Program-made: the position numbers and the translations under genes | Shown: positions 15,174 through 15,498 of the stretch, piece after piece | Layout: the number at the start of each line of letters is the position of its first letter | Position numbering within the stretch: position 1 is the first letter of the stretch | Origin: Prochlorococcus sp. AG-355-B18 | GTDB taxonomy: Bacteria > Cyanobacteriota > Cyanobacteriia > PCC-6307 > Cyanobiaceae | Assembly (NCBI GenBank): GCA_003280965.1 | Contig: QCDI01000016.1 | Coordinates: 1 to 15,498, forward strand | DNA length: 15,498 nt | Direction: 5' to 3' | Notes under the pieces: generated by a model | Told to the model about the DNA's origin: nothing | The model's database searches: none | Seen by the model: the letters and a program-made list of their open reading frames with translations, nothing else

Positions 15174-15498
15174 ATGTCTTATCCCTCAAGAGACGAAATA
15201 CTTGCATCTTCAAAAGGGTGGGTAGCATCTTTTTTAAATTTCCTTCCTGGTTTAGGATCGGGTTACTTGTATCAAAGAAGATGGAAACCCTATTTTTTTA
15301 CTATCGCTGCTAGTATTTAGGTTTTTTTTTTCAAGGAGATTCAGAACCTTCTCAAAGTGAACAAATAATTGGGATTTCTGGTCTTTTTTTTATATCAATA
15401 GTTACTGTTATAGAAGCCAATTTGGCTTTCAAAAAAGCAAGTAATAAAACAAAAGCTGAAAAAGAGACAATAATTTCCTCTAAGAAAAAAGGTTGGTT
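15174..15498 (+). pseudogene. Frameshifted membrane-protein gene (GWVASFLNFLPGLGSGYLYQRRW family), runs to the right edge
   Basis: The first frame stops at TAG 15318-15320 after 48 aa; the -1 frame continues LGFFFQGDSEPSQSEQIIGISGLFFISIVTVIEA... to the window end. Confidence 0.75.

Noticed and set aside
1..15498. CRISPR array, integrase, transposase or recognisable defence operon
   Set aside because: No regularly spaced repeat-spacer array and no recombinase, transposase or nuclease motifs seen in any ORF.

Overview
Very AT-rich window with the gene content and style of a high-light Prochlorococcus genomic island (taxon inferred from the gene families and the many short hypothetical ORFs). 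The left ~2.1 kb ends at a 3'-only tRNA-Thr(GGT) fragment, a likely integration scar, next to a possible terminase-small-subunit-like ORF and short tandem repeats. Recognisable genes: an ABM-family protein, tenA-thiD (thiamin pyrimidine salvage) divergent from an atypical photolyase/cryptochrome gene, pip, a CPBP/Abi membrane protease, a DUF1651 protein and arfB. About ten 29-57 aa ORFs are missing from the supplied track, and a frameshifted membrane-protein gene lies at the right edge. The most notable signals are non-coding: (1) a putative ~60-nt sRNA with 15 nt of complementarity to the terminator-containing leader of the divergent ABM gene; (2) a ~190-nt multi-stem RNA with two possible pseudoknots (manA-like) and no downstream gene; (3) a leader hairpin displaying the Yfr1-type CUCCUCACAC motif. 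All structures were paired by eye; no searches were run.
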